Under the pieces are notes generated by a model, which saw only the letters and a program-made list of their open reading frames with translations, had not been told where the DNA came from and did not search any database. Shown one piece after another: positions 53,935 through 64,000 of a DNA stretch of 64,000 bases. The position numbers and the translations under genes are program-made. Numbering within the stretch: the stretch's first letter is position 1; each line of letters opens with the position of its first letter. The DNA is from a virus: IMG/VR virus record IMGVR_UViG_3300000956_000001, positions 18,630 through 82,629 of that record; one strand, given 5' to 3'.

Positions 53935-54109
53935 CGGCAGTGTTGTGACGCGAGTTACTGGCCAGCGTGGTTACCCCGTTCGCGGGGGCACCGGCAAGCG
54001 GGTTCCTGGCGTGGCGGCTGGCGGAGGCAAGGGTGCGAGCGGCTCCCGCGTCGGCATCAAGACCAACCAGCCTGGCCGCAAGGCCGCAGGGCGTAACGCG
54101 TACGCGTAA
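53912..54109 (+). CDS. small basic Gly-rich protein
   Basis: AAGGAGG RBS before MAATRLP. Confidence 0.6.
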   Translation: MAATRLPDGSVVTRVTGQRGYPVRGGTGKRVPGVAAGGGKGASGSRVGIKTNQPGRKAAGRNAYA

Positions 54110-54122
54110 GCAGTAAGTCGGC

Positions 54123-54157
54123 GAAGGGCGGGATCGAGTCTACTCGGCCCGCCCTTC
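54123..54157 (+). terminator. terminator hairpin after the capsid cluster
   Basis: GAAGGGCGGG/CCCGCCCTTC. Confidence 0.65.
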
Positions 54158-54178
54158 ATCTTCAGAAGGAGAACGATA

Positions 54179-54766
54179 GTGTCTGACGACACGAAGCGTG
54201 ACGAGACGGAAGATGGCGTTCGCGAGAACGATCTGTCCCAGGCTCAGGAGAATGGTGACGTCGACGGCTCGACCAATGACGAGACCCAGGCACTCAATGA
54301 CCAGCGCGCGGAGTATGTTCCGGTAGATCCGGATGCTCGTGACTACCGCGTCGAGGGCAATGACGTGCGCGACTACATCGGCGTTGATCCAGAGTACATG
54401 ACGTACGCGAACGAGACCGAGGCGCCCGGCCTGACCGACAAGGAGCGCTTCCTCTACACCGAACAGTATGATCACCTCGAAGGCAATGCCGACGAGGAGT
54501 CCGAGGTTCCCGAGGGCGAGCACGTTGTTGCGGTGGAGGGTCAGCTCGAAGACGACCCGGCCGACTATGACGCAAAGGTCGACATCACGAAGCTCTCGGA
54601 CGACGAGATCCTTGCTCTGGTGTGGAAGGATGAGGACGGCGACGGTCGCGACGACGACACCGGCCTCCATGAGACCGACTTCAAGTACATGCAGCTGGGC
54701 GCCAAGGAGCGCAAGGATCACCCCGAGACTGTCGTCGACGGTAATACCCTCGGCTTCCCCCAGTAA
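54179..54766 (+). CDS. acidic hypothetical protein
   Basis: AAGGAG RBS; D/E-rich. Confidence 0.75.
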   Translation: MSDDTKRDETEDGVRENDLSQAQENGDVDGSTNDETQALNDQRAEYVPVDPDARDYRVEGNDVRDYIGVDPEYMTYANETEAPGLTDKERFLYTEQYDHLEGNADEESEVPEGEHVVAVEGQLEDDPADYDAKVDITKLSDDEILALVWKDEDGDGRDDDTGLHETDFKYMQLGAKERKDHPETVVDGNTLGFPQ

Positions 54767-54788
54767 CTCCGGCCCGTAGGGGAGCACC

Positions 54789-55307
54789 ATGGCAACATAC
54801 TCAGAAGTTGCTGACCTGCTTCTCGGTGACATCCCAGTTCCAAAGGATGCCGAGAAGTGGGTTAATGACGCCACTGACGAGATTGACAGCAAGCTCGGCT
54901 TCAGGTACGTAACGCCGATCGTCGTGGATGAGAATGTTCCGGCGTACAGGGCTACTCCCCTGTTGCTTAAAAGGATCAACAACTTCATTGCGTCTGGAAG
55001 ATTGATCCTTGCGAAGGCGGCGTCCGCCAGTCAGCAGGAGCCAAACGCCTACGGCATGTCAATGCTGATGGATGCCCTTGCTGCATTGACGCAGTTGGTG
55101 AATGGAGACATCACCCTGCCGGGCGCCGCCTTCCTGAACGAGGGTGACGTTGGTCGATCCGGACCCCAGATCAGTAATCTCGATCAGGAGTCGAATGTTG
55201 AAGCCTTCTACGGAATGGTGACGAATCCTCCTGCGTATCCTGGTCAGTCATATCCGGTCATCTATCCTGCTGGTTCTGGGTACTGGACAGATGGATATCG
55301 GGGGTAA
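54789..55307 (+). CDS. head-tail adaptor (Mu gp36-like)
   Basis: Y....D...DA..EIDS.LG.RY.TP...LL..I...IA; position. Confidence 0.75.
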   Translation: MATYSEVADLLLGDIPVPKDAEKWVNDATDEIDSKLGFRYVTPIVVDENVPAYRATPLLLKRINNFIASGRLILAKAASASQQEPNAYGMSMLMDALAALTQLVNGDITLPGAAFLNEGDVGRSGPQISNLDQESNVEAFYGMVTNPPAYPGQSYPVIYPAGSGYWTDGYRG

Positions 55308-55312
55308 GTTGG

Positions 55313-55813
55313 ATGAGTAGTCCTATTGTTCTTGATGTAATCGTCGACACTGTTCAAGTCGAGGCAGCTCTTCTGACGCTTTCACAGCGCCTTGATGTCG
55401 GCATGGTCGCATGGATGCAGAATGATCTCGTTGACCATCTTCAAGAGCGCGCTCGGAATCGTTTTGCATCTGGTGGTGACGATGCTTCCGGGCCATGGGC
55501 ACCATTGCGACCAGCGACGGTAGCAATCCGTGGCAGTCTTGGTTTCCCGCCTTCAGGTCCAATCAATATCCGTACTCATGATCTCTACAATTACATTGTT
55601 GGAGATAATGGGTCGGTGAGTTACTCTGCTGGATGGACACTGAGTTGGCCAAACCTTCCAGGTGATAAAGACACGAACGACAAGCTTCAAACCGCACAGC
55701 GAGGCAAGCCTTCGCCGAATACAACTGATCGTCCTGTTGTTGCGCTTGGCCCTGGAGATTACACGAACATTATGGCGAATCTTGCAGTATTCCTCACGAC
55801 TGGTCTGATATAA
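55313..55813 (+). CDS. virion morphogenesis/tail completion protein
   Basis: RF...G....GPWAPL.P.T...R; position. Confidence 0.7.
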   Translation: MSSPIVLDVIVDTVQVEAALLTLSQRLDVGMVAWMQNDLVDHLQERARNRFASGGDDASGPWAPLRPATVAIRGSLGFPPSGPINIRTHDLYNYIVGDNGSVSYSAGWTLSWPNLPGDKDTNDKLQTAQRGKPSPNTTDRPVVALGPGDYTNIMANLAVFLTTGLI

Positions 55814-56301
55814 TGGGCCTCTTTGATGCGACTACTGCAGTTTTCCCGAATAATGTTTGTAATCTTGTAGCAACAAGAATCGACGACCTTTATCACAACG
55901 ACTTGTACGTTGCTAAGCGTCCCCTTCAGGTGACAGATAACACTCGATCTGTTGGCGTTTCGCCAGCATGGTGGGAGCCGGATGAGGATTCATACGAGTT
56001 CGCGTCTCTTGAGCCAACAGTTCAAACGTATCGGATTCTGATCCAGTCGTTCGTGAAGAACTCCGACCCAGAAGAGGGAATCGCCGAGCATTCTGTGCTG
56101 TCGAAAGTGATTCGTTCGTTGCTTTACAGGGACGGCCCTCTCCGAGTAGGGTTGGACATGTTGAGCGTGACGATGAATGGCGCAACGGAGACAATTCAGC
56201 GACGTGGCATCAGGCGAGCGCAATACATCAGTAATGAGATTCAGGGGAACTGGTTCTTCTTGAGTACCCTGGAATACTACGTTGAGACGGAGACGAAGTG
56301 A
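55813..56301 (+). CDS. tail terminator-like protein
   Basis: Size and position before the tail tube. Confidence 0.6.
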   Translation: MGLFDATTAVFPNNVCNLVATRIDDLYHNDLYVAKRPLQVTDNTRSVGVSPAWWEPDEDSYEFASLEPTVQTYRILIQSFVKNSDPEEGIAEHSVLSKVIRSLLYRDGPLRVGLDMLSVTMNGATETIQRRGIRRAQYISNEIQGNWFFLSTLEYYVETETK

Positions 56302-56732
56302 GTCTTGCATCCAAGCAGGCTCTCGCAGATCAGCTTCGTGGCGAACTGTCGGCCCTTCGAGTTGAGAAGGAAGCCGCACTTCACGACGGTCATGCAGAGA
56401 TTGCGGAAGCCGCAGTCGACGCCGAGATCGATCGCCTTCAGCGCGAAGTCGAGATGGCGAAGGCTGAAACCGAAGCTGTGAAGAGCGGCGGCTCCGTTGA
56501 GGAGGCCCTCGCCGCCATGCGTGAAGCCGCTGCCGCAGAGCAGCCTGACGGAACGGTGGATCTCGCCGTTCCCCTTGAGACTGAAACAAACGGTCCGGTC
56601 GTAGATGAGGCTGCCGTTGTCGACGCCACGGCGCCTGTCGCCGATGAAAGCACTCCGGTTGTGGATGCCATTCCCATGCCCGAGCTGCTGGCCGTCGAAA
56701 ACAATGACGCACCGAAGGCGGATGGGGAGTAA
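56298..56732 (+). CDS. hypothetical acidic/Ala-rich protein
   Basis: 144 aa, coupled. Confidence 0.7.
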   Translation: MSLASKQALADQLRGELSALRVEKEAALHDGHAEIAEAAVDAEIDRLQREVEMAKAETEAVKSGGSVEEALAAMREAAAAEQPDGTVDLAVPLETETNGPVVDEAAVVDATAPVADESTPVVDAIPMPELLAVENNDAPKADGE

Positions 56733-56738
56733 CAAGAG

Positions 56739-58082
56739 ATGGGTTTCAGTTCCCAGTCGGGTAGCGTCGCCGTCCGTACACAGTCGGTAGCGGCCACCTT
56801 CCCGGCAGACTTTGCAAGTGCTGCTGTGGCGATGAAGCTGAAGACGGGCGCCCTGGCTGCGAACCGCGATCTGCTCATTCCCGACCCCGAGATTGGTGGA
56901 GGCCGCGACGTTGTCGACGCCTTCCTTGGCGGTGTGACGTTCACCGGCGACTACGAGTTCTACGTTCGACTCGAAGGTCTTCAGACCCTTCTCAAGGCTG
57001 CATTCGGTACTGAGTACATCGGTCCCGGTGGCGTCAACGAGAAGGAAACGCTCACGATGACGGGCTCGCCTACCGGCGGCACCTTCACCCTGACGTACTC
57101 GGCTCAGACGACTGGTCCGATTCCGTACAACGCAACAGCGGCCCAGGTTCAGCAGGCGCTTATTGCCCTGTCGAACATTGGTCCCGGTGACGTTATGGTC
57201 AGCGGCGGTCCGTTCCCGGCGACCCCGATCGTGGTTGACTTTACCGGCACCCTGTCTGGCACTGTGGCTGGCGCTCCGCTGACATCTACTGACGTTGGCC
57301 TGACTGGTGGCACCTCGCCAGCTGTGGGCGAGGTTCGGACCGTTATTGGACTGAGCAACGTTGGCACGTACCAGCACCTGTTCGTTCCGTTGGACTCCTC
57401 GCAGCTGCCGATGCTTGGTATCGAGGAGAATGTCGGCGGCGGCTTTGATGTGTTCAGGTACCGCGATGCTGTCGTGAATACCCTGCACTTCGAGTCGGAG
57501 GCCAACGGTTACCTCATGGGTACCGCTGGCATCATCGCGCGGCTTCAGGATGCGCAGGCATCACCGGTTGACGTCAGTACGCTGTACGACAACCTCGATT
57601 TGATCGTGGGCACCAACATCACTGTCACCTTTGGTGGCGTGAGCCTGGCGGCCAAGTCTTTCAATTTCGACTACAACAACAACTTCGCGGCGGACGACTT
57701 CCGCCTCGGCAGCTTCTACATCGGTGACCTCACTCCGAAGCGGCGCGAGCTGACCATCGGCGTGAACATTCGCGAGCAGGACAAGACGCTGTGGCGTCAG
57801 GCGACCTATGGCTCGTCTGCTGCGACTGCCGTCGGTGGAACGATCACCAAGTCCAATGTCACGATCACCGCGAGCACGTACAGCACCATTCCGGGCTCGT
57901 CTCCTGCGTTGGCCTACTCGATTACGATCGTCATGCCGAAGTGTGCACTGAAGCCGTACGGCCTCAGTGTCAGCGGCGACGACATCATGGAGTCGGACAT
58001 CGAGTTCCAGGCACTTCGGCCGCTCATCACTGAGCCGCTGTGCTACGTTAAGATCATCAACGCTCGCGCCACCACGGCGTAA
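56739..58082 (+). CDS. major tail (tube) protein
   Basis: Strong codon bias, followed by terminator and tail assembly chaperone; G..S..G, NN...DDF.LGS, R...G. Confidence 0.85.
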   Translation: MGFSSQSGSVAVRTQSVAATFPADFASAAVAMKLKTGALAANRDLLIPDPEIGGGRDVVDAFLGGVTFTGDYEFYVRLEGLQTLLKAAFGTEYIGPGGVNEKETLTMTGSPTGGTFTLTYSAQTTGPIPYNATAAQVQQALIALSNIGPGDVMVSGGPFPATPIVVDFTGTLSGTVAGAPLTSTDVGLTGGTSPAVGEVRTVIGLSNVGTYQHLFVPLDSSQLPMLGIEENVGGGFDVFRYRDAVVNTLHFESEANGYLMGTAGIIARLQDAQASPVDVSTLYDNLDLIVGTNITVTFGGVSLAAKSFNFDYNNNFAADDFRLGSFYIGDLTPKRRELTIGVNIREQDKTLWRQATYGSSAATAVGGTITKSNVTITASTYSTIPGSSPALAYSITIVMPKCALKPYGLSVSGDDIMESDIEFQALRPLITEPLCYVKIINARATTA

Positions 58083-58094
58083 GCGTAGCAAGAC

Positions 58095-58130
58095 TGGCGG
58101 CGCCCTTCTCTCAGTCAGGGGGTGCCGCCA
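58095..58130 (+). terminator. terminator hairpin
   Basis: TGGCGGCGCCC/GGGTGCCGCCA. Confidence 0.6.
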
Positions 58131-58160
58131 CCTACTGTCAGAAGGTCTAGGAGGACCACA

Positions 58161-58712
58161 GTGGCACTGATCGATCTCGAAAACCCCAGCGAACTTCCGA
58201 TGCCCGGCCAGGAAAACTCCACCGCGGAGGACATCTACGCTGGCTACCAGGACTACTTCGGTTCCAGCAATACCGTCAAGTGGTACTTCCCGGACGGCAA
58301 GCAGTACATCGAGTTCCAGCCCATGAACGAGGGCAAGCGCGCGAAGTATGAGTCCGGCACCTCGCGCGATGTCCGCTTCAACCGGCGCACCGATGACGCT
58401 GCGATCCGCATGGACGCTGCGGCAGACCGGAAGACGCTCGTGGTAGAGTCCGTCGTCGGCTGGCACGTCGTCAGCTTCAAGAACGGACGCCCGGAGCCCC
58501 TGCCGTTCTCGATCGGTTCTCCCGGTGCGACGTTCGATCAGTGGTACTCCAAGGCTGACCCGTCCCTCGTCAACCGGCTCGTTGACGCGATCCGCAAGGC
58601 TAACCCGTGGCTCACCGACGAGATGACGTCGGAGATGATCCGCGAGGAGATGAAGCGGCTCGAAGAGCTGCTCGCCACCGTCGAGGAGCGAGAGGCGAAG
58701 GAAAAAAACTAG
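58161..58712 (+). CDS. tail assembly chaperone (G)
   Basis: AGGAGG RBS + GTG; between tail tube and tape measure; ends in slippery GAA AAA AAC TAG. Confidence 0.85.
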   Translation: MALIDLENPSELPMPGQENSTAEDIYAGYQDYFGSSNTVKWYFPDGKQYIEFQPMNEGKRAKYESGTSRDVRFNRRTDDAAIRMDAAADRKTLVVESVVGWHVVSFKNGRPEPLPFSIGSPGATFDQWYSKADPSLVNRLVDAIRKANPWLTDEMTSEMIREEMKRLEELLATVEEREAKEKN

Positions 58713-58975
58713 AGGAGCAGGTGTACCTCTTCGTTAGGGGTAAGGAAGTTCCAAACCCCTGTACTGCAATTCGCATGTTTGCCCTGTGCGACGCAATGAA
58801 GTGGTCACACCTGCCCACTGCTGGTGGCCTGTACGATCAGGATCCAGCATTGCTTGATGCGTTTCGTTTTATCTTTGCTGAACGTGGCAAGGAACAAGAC
58901 CGTGAACGCAAGAAGACAGAGAAAGAAGCTGCGGCAAAGAGTGGTCGGGGAAGACCTCTTGGCCGCGCACGGTAA
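58161..58975 (+). CDS. tail assembly chaperone G-T fusion via -1 frameshift
   Basis: A AAA AAC heptamer at 58703-58709; the -1 frame continues LEEQVYLF...LP.AGGLYDQDP to 58975. Confidence 0.8.
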
Positions 58976-59020
58976 TACAGCCCCTCCATCGCTAGACGGC
59001 GACGGAGGGGCTGTATTATT
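58974..59020 (+). terminator. terminator/attenuator before tape measure
   Basis: AATACAGCCCCTCC/GGAGGGGCTGTATT. Confidence 0.6.
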
Positions 59021-59078
59021 CTATCACCTGTCGGGCACATGAGGCCCATGGTGGATCTAAAGATCCGAGGCGGGTCTC

Positions 59079-62000
59079 TTGAATACTTACATGAACATTA
59101 CGGTGCGGGTTCTGACTGCACAGGCTCGCGGCATGATTGCCGCGTTGCAGCGTCAGATCGCTGCACTAAACTTTGCCAATGCTGCAAACAGCGCACGCGC
59201 TTTCGGCGGTGCGCTCGGAGGCATTGGCATTGCTCGCTTTGGTAGCCAGATGCAATGGCTCGGTCGCCAGATTGAGTACAACTTCACCCTACCGATTGTG
59301 CTAGCTGGCGCCGCCATAACAAAGATGGCGTTGAATCAGGAGAAAGCTCTCACTCGAATCAAGAAGGTCTATGGTGACGGTGCGCGCGATGCACAGTTCT
59401 ATGCTCGCGAGATTAAGGCACTTGAGCAGGCTTTTGTTGCATTGTCTAACCAGTTTGGTATCGCCCAGGCTGATGTACTGAACATCGCTGCCGACTGGGC
59501 GGCGGCTGGCGCCTCCGGCCTGTCGCTTGCCAAGGCTGTTCAGCTTACAATGAAGACAATGGTCCTTGGTGAGATGGAAGCCGCGACGGCCACCAAGGCG
59601 CTTATTGCAATTCAGTCTCAGTACGGGCAAACCGTAGGCGAGCTTACTGAGACTATTAACATCCTGAACATGGTTGAGAACCAAACCGGTACGTCCATGA
59701 AGGACCTGGTCGATGGCTTCTCCCGCGCAGCTGGTATTGCACGTACCGCTGGCGTAAGTGTTCGCGAACTCGCTGCCGACATTGCCGCCCTTACTCCGGC
59801 TACCGGTAGCGCTGCCAACGCTGGTAATGCACTCAAGACGATCTTCTCTCGGCTTATCTCGTCTACCACCGAGAGCTCCGAAGTAATGAAGCTCATGGGC
59901 ATCAACGTATCAGGTCTGGCCTGGCAGTCCAGTTCCGCCCAAGAGAAGCTTCTCATCTTGGCTAACTCGTTCCACGACTTGAGTGATGCACAGAAGGGTT
60001 TCGTAAGCTCCATCATTGCTAGCCGGTATCAGGTTAACCGGTTTGAAGTCTTGATGTCCGAGCTGCTTGACCCTCTTGGTTATTACAAGAAGGCAATGGA
60101 TGCAACTGCTGATAGTACACTCGTATATCAGCAGGCACAGAAAGAGCTTAACGCGGTCCTGACTTCCAGTCCACAGAGACTGAAGATCATCTGGACCACA
60201 ATGCAGAATGCCGCAACGGATATCATCCAGCCGATGATTCCGATGATCCTCTGGCTGGCGGAAGCCATTCAGAAGTTGGTTAAGGCATTCTCGGACTTGA
60301 ATCCTGCAGTCCAGAAGTTTATCTTGATGGGTCTTCTGATCATTGCGATCGTCGGTCCGGTCATCAGGATTTTTGGTGCGTTCCAGATTCTTCTGTTCGA
60401 GTTGTTCAATGTGTTTGGCCTTTTGATTAGGCCAATCTTCATACTCACTCGTGCACTTGCCTATCTGATTTACTTGCCTATTGTGGCGACGCTTGGCCTG
60501 TGGGGAATGGCTTGGCGTGCGCTAATTGCAACAATCTTCCTTATCCCAAGTGCCATTCGCGCTGCAGCACTTGGGATGCTGTACCTCACACGCTTTGTGC
60601 CAGTAATCGTTGGAATTTGGCAAGCTGGTCTTACCGTTCTGCAGATTATTACGATCCAGTTCGCAGCAACGATGGGTCTTATCTGGCGCGGCGGTATGGC
60701 TGCGATTCAGACGATTGTACTTCTTGGCGTAGCAAGGCTCGGCGTAATCTGGCGTGCAGGTCTAGCTGGAATTCAAGCAATCATTCTTGCTGGCGTCGTC
60801 CAGATCGGCGTAATCTGGCGTGCAGGTCTTGCCGCAATCCAGGCGGCAATTATTGCATTCGCTGTATGGTCTGGCGTAATCTGGCGTCTCATTACCATGA
60901 ACCCTGTCTTGTTGTTTCAGGCAATGTTCATTGGTATTATTGCTGTGTTCTCGCGCGCCATTCCAGCCATCCGTGCTGCATCTACTGCAGTAATGGCAGC
61001 ACTGACGGGACCATGGGGCATCGCCCTGTCTGCACTCGTAATTCTTGTCGCAGTGTTTTGGAAGCAGATCCAGAAGATCTTCCAGAATGCAGCGAGCTGG
61101 TTTACGGGCAACGGCAAGCAGATGGCAAGCGTATTCTCGCCACTTGCTAAGGCTGCACAGGCTGTTCAGCGCGTTGTAATCAAGGCGTTCAATGCGTTGC
61201 CTCAGGGTATTCAGAATGCGCTGTTGGCAGTCGTGCGCACGGTAGCTGCTGCCGCGAAGGCCGTATACTCGTGGATGAGCTACATCAATCCTTGGGCTCG
61301 CCACTCACCAAGCCTTGTCGAGAACGTTACGACAGGTGTTGCGGAGATTGCTCGCCAGTACGAGTCACTGACCGGTATTGGGTCTGCCTTCGCGCGCGCT
61401 GCTGATGACCTTGAGATCTTCGCTGCGGCCACGCTGGCTGTTAATCGAAGTGCTGAGGCGAACCACTACGCCGAGATTCGTGCTGATCTACTTGCTATGG
61501 CTGCGGATGCGGTACCTGCATTCGATCGTCTTATCAAGGAACTGTACGAGCTTGAGGATCAGCTCAAGTCCATCGAAACGACGATGGAGGCGCAGGAGGC
61601 TGTTGTTGACAGTCTCAAGGATCACCTCGACGAAGCAAACGCTGCACTAGACATGCAGAAAGATATCCTTCAGAAGATGAAGGATGAGGCTGACGGCTAC
61701 CAGGACACGATTAACAAGATCAATGGTGACCTGGAAGTCCTGACTGGTTCCCGTGAGGCGCTCCGTACAGCAGGTGCTGGTTCTGAGATTCTTGGTCCGA
61801 TGGACGAACAGATCAAGAAGATGAAGGAGCAGCGCAAGGGAGTTGATGACCAGCTTAAGGCTGCACAAAAGGCATACCAGGATCAGAAGAAGCTAGTTGA
61901 TGAGCTTACGGCCGCGCGCGACAAGCTTCAGGCTAGTTATGACGAAGAGAAGAAGAAGCTTGACGCGATCTCTGATGCGTATGGAAAGATTAAGGATCGC

Positions 62001-63884
62001 ATCAGTGATATTACTAGCGCCATCAGTGACTTCGCTTCTGCAGTGCAACAGCTTGAGGCTGACAAGGGTAAGGGCGGCGGTGGCCTAGCTGATCAGTTCA
62101 ATGCTGGCGCTGGTGCCGACTTTGAGGACGTTGGCGGTACTGGTCGTGTCGGTCGCGAGGGCGGCATCGGGGATCAGGCCGCAGAGATTGAAGCATTCAC
62201 CAAGAAGCTTCAGGATGAAACCAAGAAGATGTTCGGCATGTTCAACTTCTTGGATCCGATCAAGAAGGGTTGGAACGCAGCTTGGGGTTGGATTAAGACC
62301 ACCTTCGGTCCGCTTGCGAGCATGATCGGAGACTTCATTGCAAGCTTGTTCGTTGGAGTTGGAAATCCGCTTGATACTGAAGCACTCATGCAGGGCTTCA
62401 ATTCATTCACAGAGGGTCTAAAGTCTCTTGGTGAAGGTATTAAGGGATTCTTTGAGGCTGCCTGGCGATTGATTGGCCCACCTCTCATGGAGTTGTGGGA
62501 AGTAATCAAGACGGCGTTTGACGATGCCATGGCTCAGATCTCTCCGCAGATCATTAAGTTCAAGGAACTGTGGGAGCCACTTCAGAAGCTTTGGATGGAG
62601 ATCGTTCCAGTCCTTAAGGTGTTGGGTGCAATTGTTGGTGGCGTGCTTCTGCTTGCCTTCACGTTGATTGTTAATGTACTTAAGAATGCACTCGGTCCAA
62701 TCATTAACTGGATCATCGATGTTATCAAGTCGTTGATCCAGATCATCCGTGGTATCATCGAGATTATTGTCGGTGTCTTTACGGGTGACTGGGAACTTGC
62801 TTGGCAGGGCGTTAAGGATATCTTCATTGGTATCTGGAACATCATTTGGTCAACCTTGAAGAACGTTGTCCTTCTCATCTGGGGTATCATCAAGGGACTT
62901 GTTGAAGGTATTGTAGACTTCTTCGTGTGGTTGTGGGATGAGCTGGTCGGCCACTCGATTGTTCCTGATATCGTGAATGGCGTAATCTTCTGGTTCGAGC
63001 TTCTGTCATCAGTCCTGAAGGTGATCTGGGAAGCAATCGTTGCCGTTGCACTGTGGGTTTGGCAGAATGGGCTGAAGCCAATCTGGGATGGCATTGTTGC
63101 CACCTGGAACTGGGTAGTTGACCAGATTAAGAATGGCGTCGAGAACTGGAAGCAGAAGTTCGAGCAACTGAAGGCTATCGCAAGTAGCCTCTGGGAGCGC
63201 TACAAGGATGTTGTTGGCTGGATCAAGGACAAGTTCCTTGAACTGGTTAGCAATGCTCGTGACGTGGTGTCGCAGGTGCTGGGTTGGATTGACACCTTCA
63301 TGAGCAAGGTTCTTGGAATCAAGACCAACCTTAGGAATGCCTTTAACGGAATGTTCGACGGCATGAAGGATGCCTTCAAGAGTGCCGTTAACTGGATCAT
63401 CGGCAAGTGGAATGGACTGTCATTCGGTGTCGGGCCATTCAGTGCTGATACTCCTAACATTGACTTCCTGGCCCGTGGCGGCAAGACAAACGGACCTGCC
63501 GTCGTAGGCGAGGGTAATCCGAACTTTGCTGAGTATGTCATTCCGACGGATCCACGATATCGGAAGCGCGCGTGGGAACTGTTTGATCAGCTTGCCTCTG
63601 ACCTTGGTGTTGATAATCTTCTTGGTAGCGGCGGCACAATGAAGCAGTTCGGTCAGGCGCTTAGTCGTGGGATTGTCGGAGATAAGATCCAATTCTACGC
63701 TAGCGGTGGCGTGCTGGGTAACGGTAGGGTTCGTGGTAGCTCGCGAGGTGGAGTGGTTGTTATCGCTCCGCAGGAGCACACAGAGATTCACTTCCACGGA
63801 AATATTGAACTTCCGAACATCAAGAATGGTAACGACGCCGAAGAGTTTGTGAAGAACTTGCGCGCGCTCGTTGGAAAGCTTTAG
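59079..63884 (+). CDS. tape measure protein
   Basis: 1601 aa; TP901-type core (AGNALKTIFSRL), hydrophobic and W-periodic repeats, coiled coil, LARGG....VVGEG...EYVIP. Confidence 0.93.
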   Translation: MNTYMNITVRVLTAQARGMIAALQRQIAALNFANAANSARAFGGALGGIGIARFGSQMQWLGRQIEYNFTLPIVLAGAAITKMALNQEKALTRIKKVYGDGARDAQFYAREIKALEQAFVALSNQFGIAQADVLNIAADWAAAGASGLSLAKAVQLTMKTMVLGEMEAATATKALIAIQSQYGQTVGELTETINILNMVENQTGTSMKDLVDGFSRAAGIARTAGVSVRELAADIAALTPATGSAANAGNALKTIFSRLISSTTESSEVMKLMGINVSGLAWQSSSAQEKLLILANSFHDLSDAQKGFVSSIIASRYQVNRFEVLMSELLDPLGYYKKAMDATADSTLVYQQAQKELNAVLTSSPQRLKIIWTTMQNAATDIIQPMIPMILWLAEAIQKLVKAFSDLNPAVQKFILMGLLIIAIVGPVIRIFGAFQILLFELFNVFGLLIRPIFILTRALAYLIYLPIVATLGLWGMAWRALIATIFLIPSAIRAAALGMLYLTRFVPVIVGIWQAGLTVLQIITIQFAATMGLIWRGGMAAIQTIVLLGVARLGVIWRAGLAGIQAIILAGVVQIGVIWRAGLAAIQAAIIAFAVWSGVIWRLITMNPVLLFQAMFIGIIAVFSRAIPAIRAASTAVMAALTGPWGIALSALVILVAVFWKQIQKIFQNAASWFTGNGKQMASVFSPLAKAAQAVQRVVIKAFNALPQGIQNALLAVVRTVAAAAKAVYSWMSYINPWARHSPSLVENVTTGVAEIARQYESLTGIGSAFARAADDLEIFAAATLAVNRSAEANHYAEIRADLLAMAADAVPAFDRLIKELYELEDQLKSIETTMEAQEAVVDSLKDHLDEANAALDMQKDILQKMKDEADGYQDTINKINGDLEVLTGSREALRTAGAGSEILGPMDEQIKKMKEQRKGVDDQLKAAQKAYQDQKKLVDELTAARDKLQASYDEEKKKLDAISDAYGKIKDRISDITSAISDFASAVQQLEADKGKGGGGLADQFNAGAGADFEDVGGTGRVGREGGIGDQAAEIEAFTKKLQDETKKMFGMFNFLDPIKKGWNAAWGWIKTTFGPLASMIGDFIASLFVGVGNPLDTEALMQGFNSFTEGLKSLGEGIKGFFEAAWRLIGPPLMELWEVIKTAFDDAMAQISPQIIKFKELWEPLQKLWMEIVPVLKVLGAIVGGVLLLAFTLIVNVLKNALGPIINWIIDVIKSLIQIIRGIIEIIVGVFTGDWELAWQGVKDIFIGIWNIIWSTLKNVVLLIWGIIKGLVEGIVDFFVWLWDELVGHSIVPDIVNGVIFWFELLSSVLKVIWEAIVAVALWVWQNGLKPIWDGIVATWNWVVDQIKNGVENWKQKFEQLKAIASSLWERYKDVVGWIKDKFLELVSNARDVVSQVLGWIDTFMSKVLGIKTNLRNAFNGMFDGMKDAFKSAVNWIIGKWNGLSFGVGPFSADTPNIDFLARGGKTNGPAVVGEGNPNFAEYVIPTDPRYRKRAWELFDQLASDLGVDNLLGSGGTMKQFGQALSRGIVGDKIQFYASGGVLGNGRVRGSSRGGVVVIAPQEHTEIHFHGNIELPNIKNGNDAEEFVKNLRALVGKL

Positions 63885-63892
63885 GAGTCTGA

Positions 63893-64000
63893 ATGCCTAG
63901 CGCAACGATTAGTAACCTTGGTTTCACGGCGCAGTTTGCGCCGCAGATCAAGCGCGCCACGGCGACTCTCTCCGATGGCTCCGTTGTTGCAATGGTTCCT
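63893..64000 (+). CDS. minor tail protein, 5' fragment
   Basis: AGGAG + ATG directly after tape measure; open to the window end. Confidence 0.6.
   Translation, partial: MPSATISNLGFTAQFAPQIKRATATLSDGSVVAMVP

Overview
This window is the middle of a large, moderately GC-rich tailed phage genome (siphovirus-type, very probably infecting an actinobacterium). Bases 1-44,284 are a leftward (minus-strand) arm. It encodes a sliding clamp, an oligoribonuclease-like DEDDh nuclease, an SNF2 helicase, an SSB-like protein, a tyrosine recombinase, a MoxR AAA+/vWA pair, a TerF-type vWA protein, a pyrimidine-dimer-glycosylase-family protein, many tiny membrane proteins, and primase/helicase genes. From 44,707 a rightward virion operon runs through terminase, portal, protease/scaffold, decoration protein, capsid, neck, tail tube, frameshifted tail chaperone and tape measure. 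The most unusual structure is at 30,196-37,742. Ten abutting cassettes, nine with 1-3 small genes and one non-coding, are each enclosed by their own ~24-49 bp inverted repeat, and the whole 7.5 kb array is closed by a further outer 21-bp inverted repeat. As single-stranded nucleic acid it would fold into a giant multi-branched 'flower' with genes in the petals. Other notable items are a ~1.2 kb ORF-free, heavily base-paired region (26,880-28,090; candidate large ncRNA or RNA pair), a tRNA-like element whose anticodon arm is replaced by a two-hairpin domain (26,523-26,646), strong local enrichment of TGTCCG, and a palindromic array of five 20-bp sites at an exact 33-bp period (38,702-38,927). 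All calls come from reading motifs by eye; no database searches or folding programs were run.
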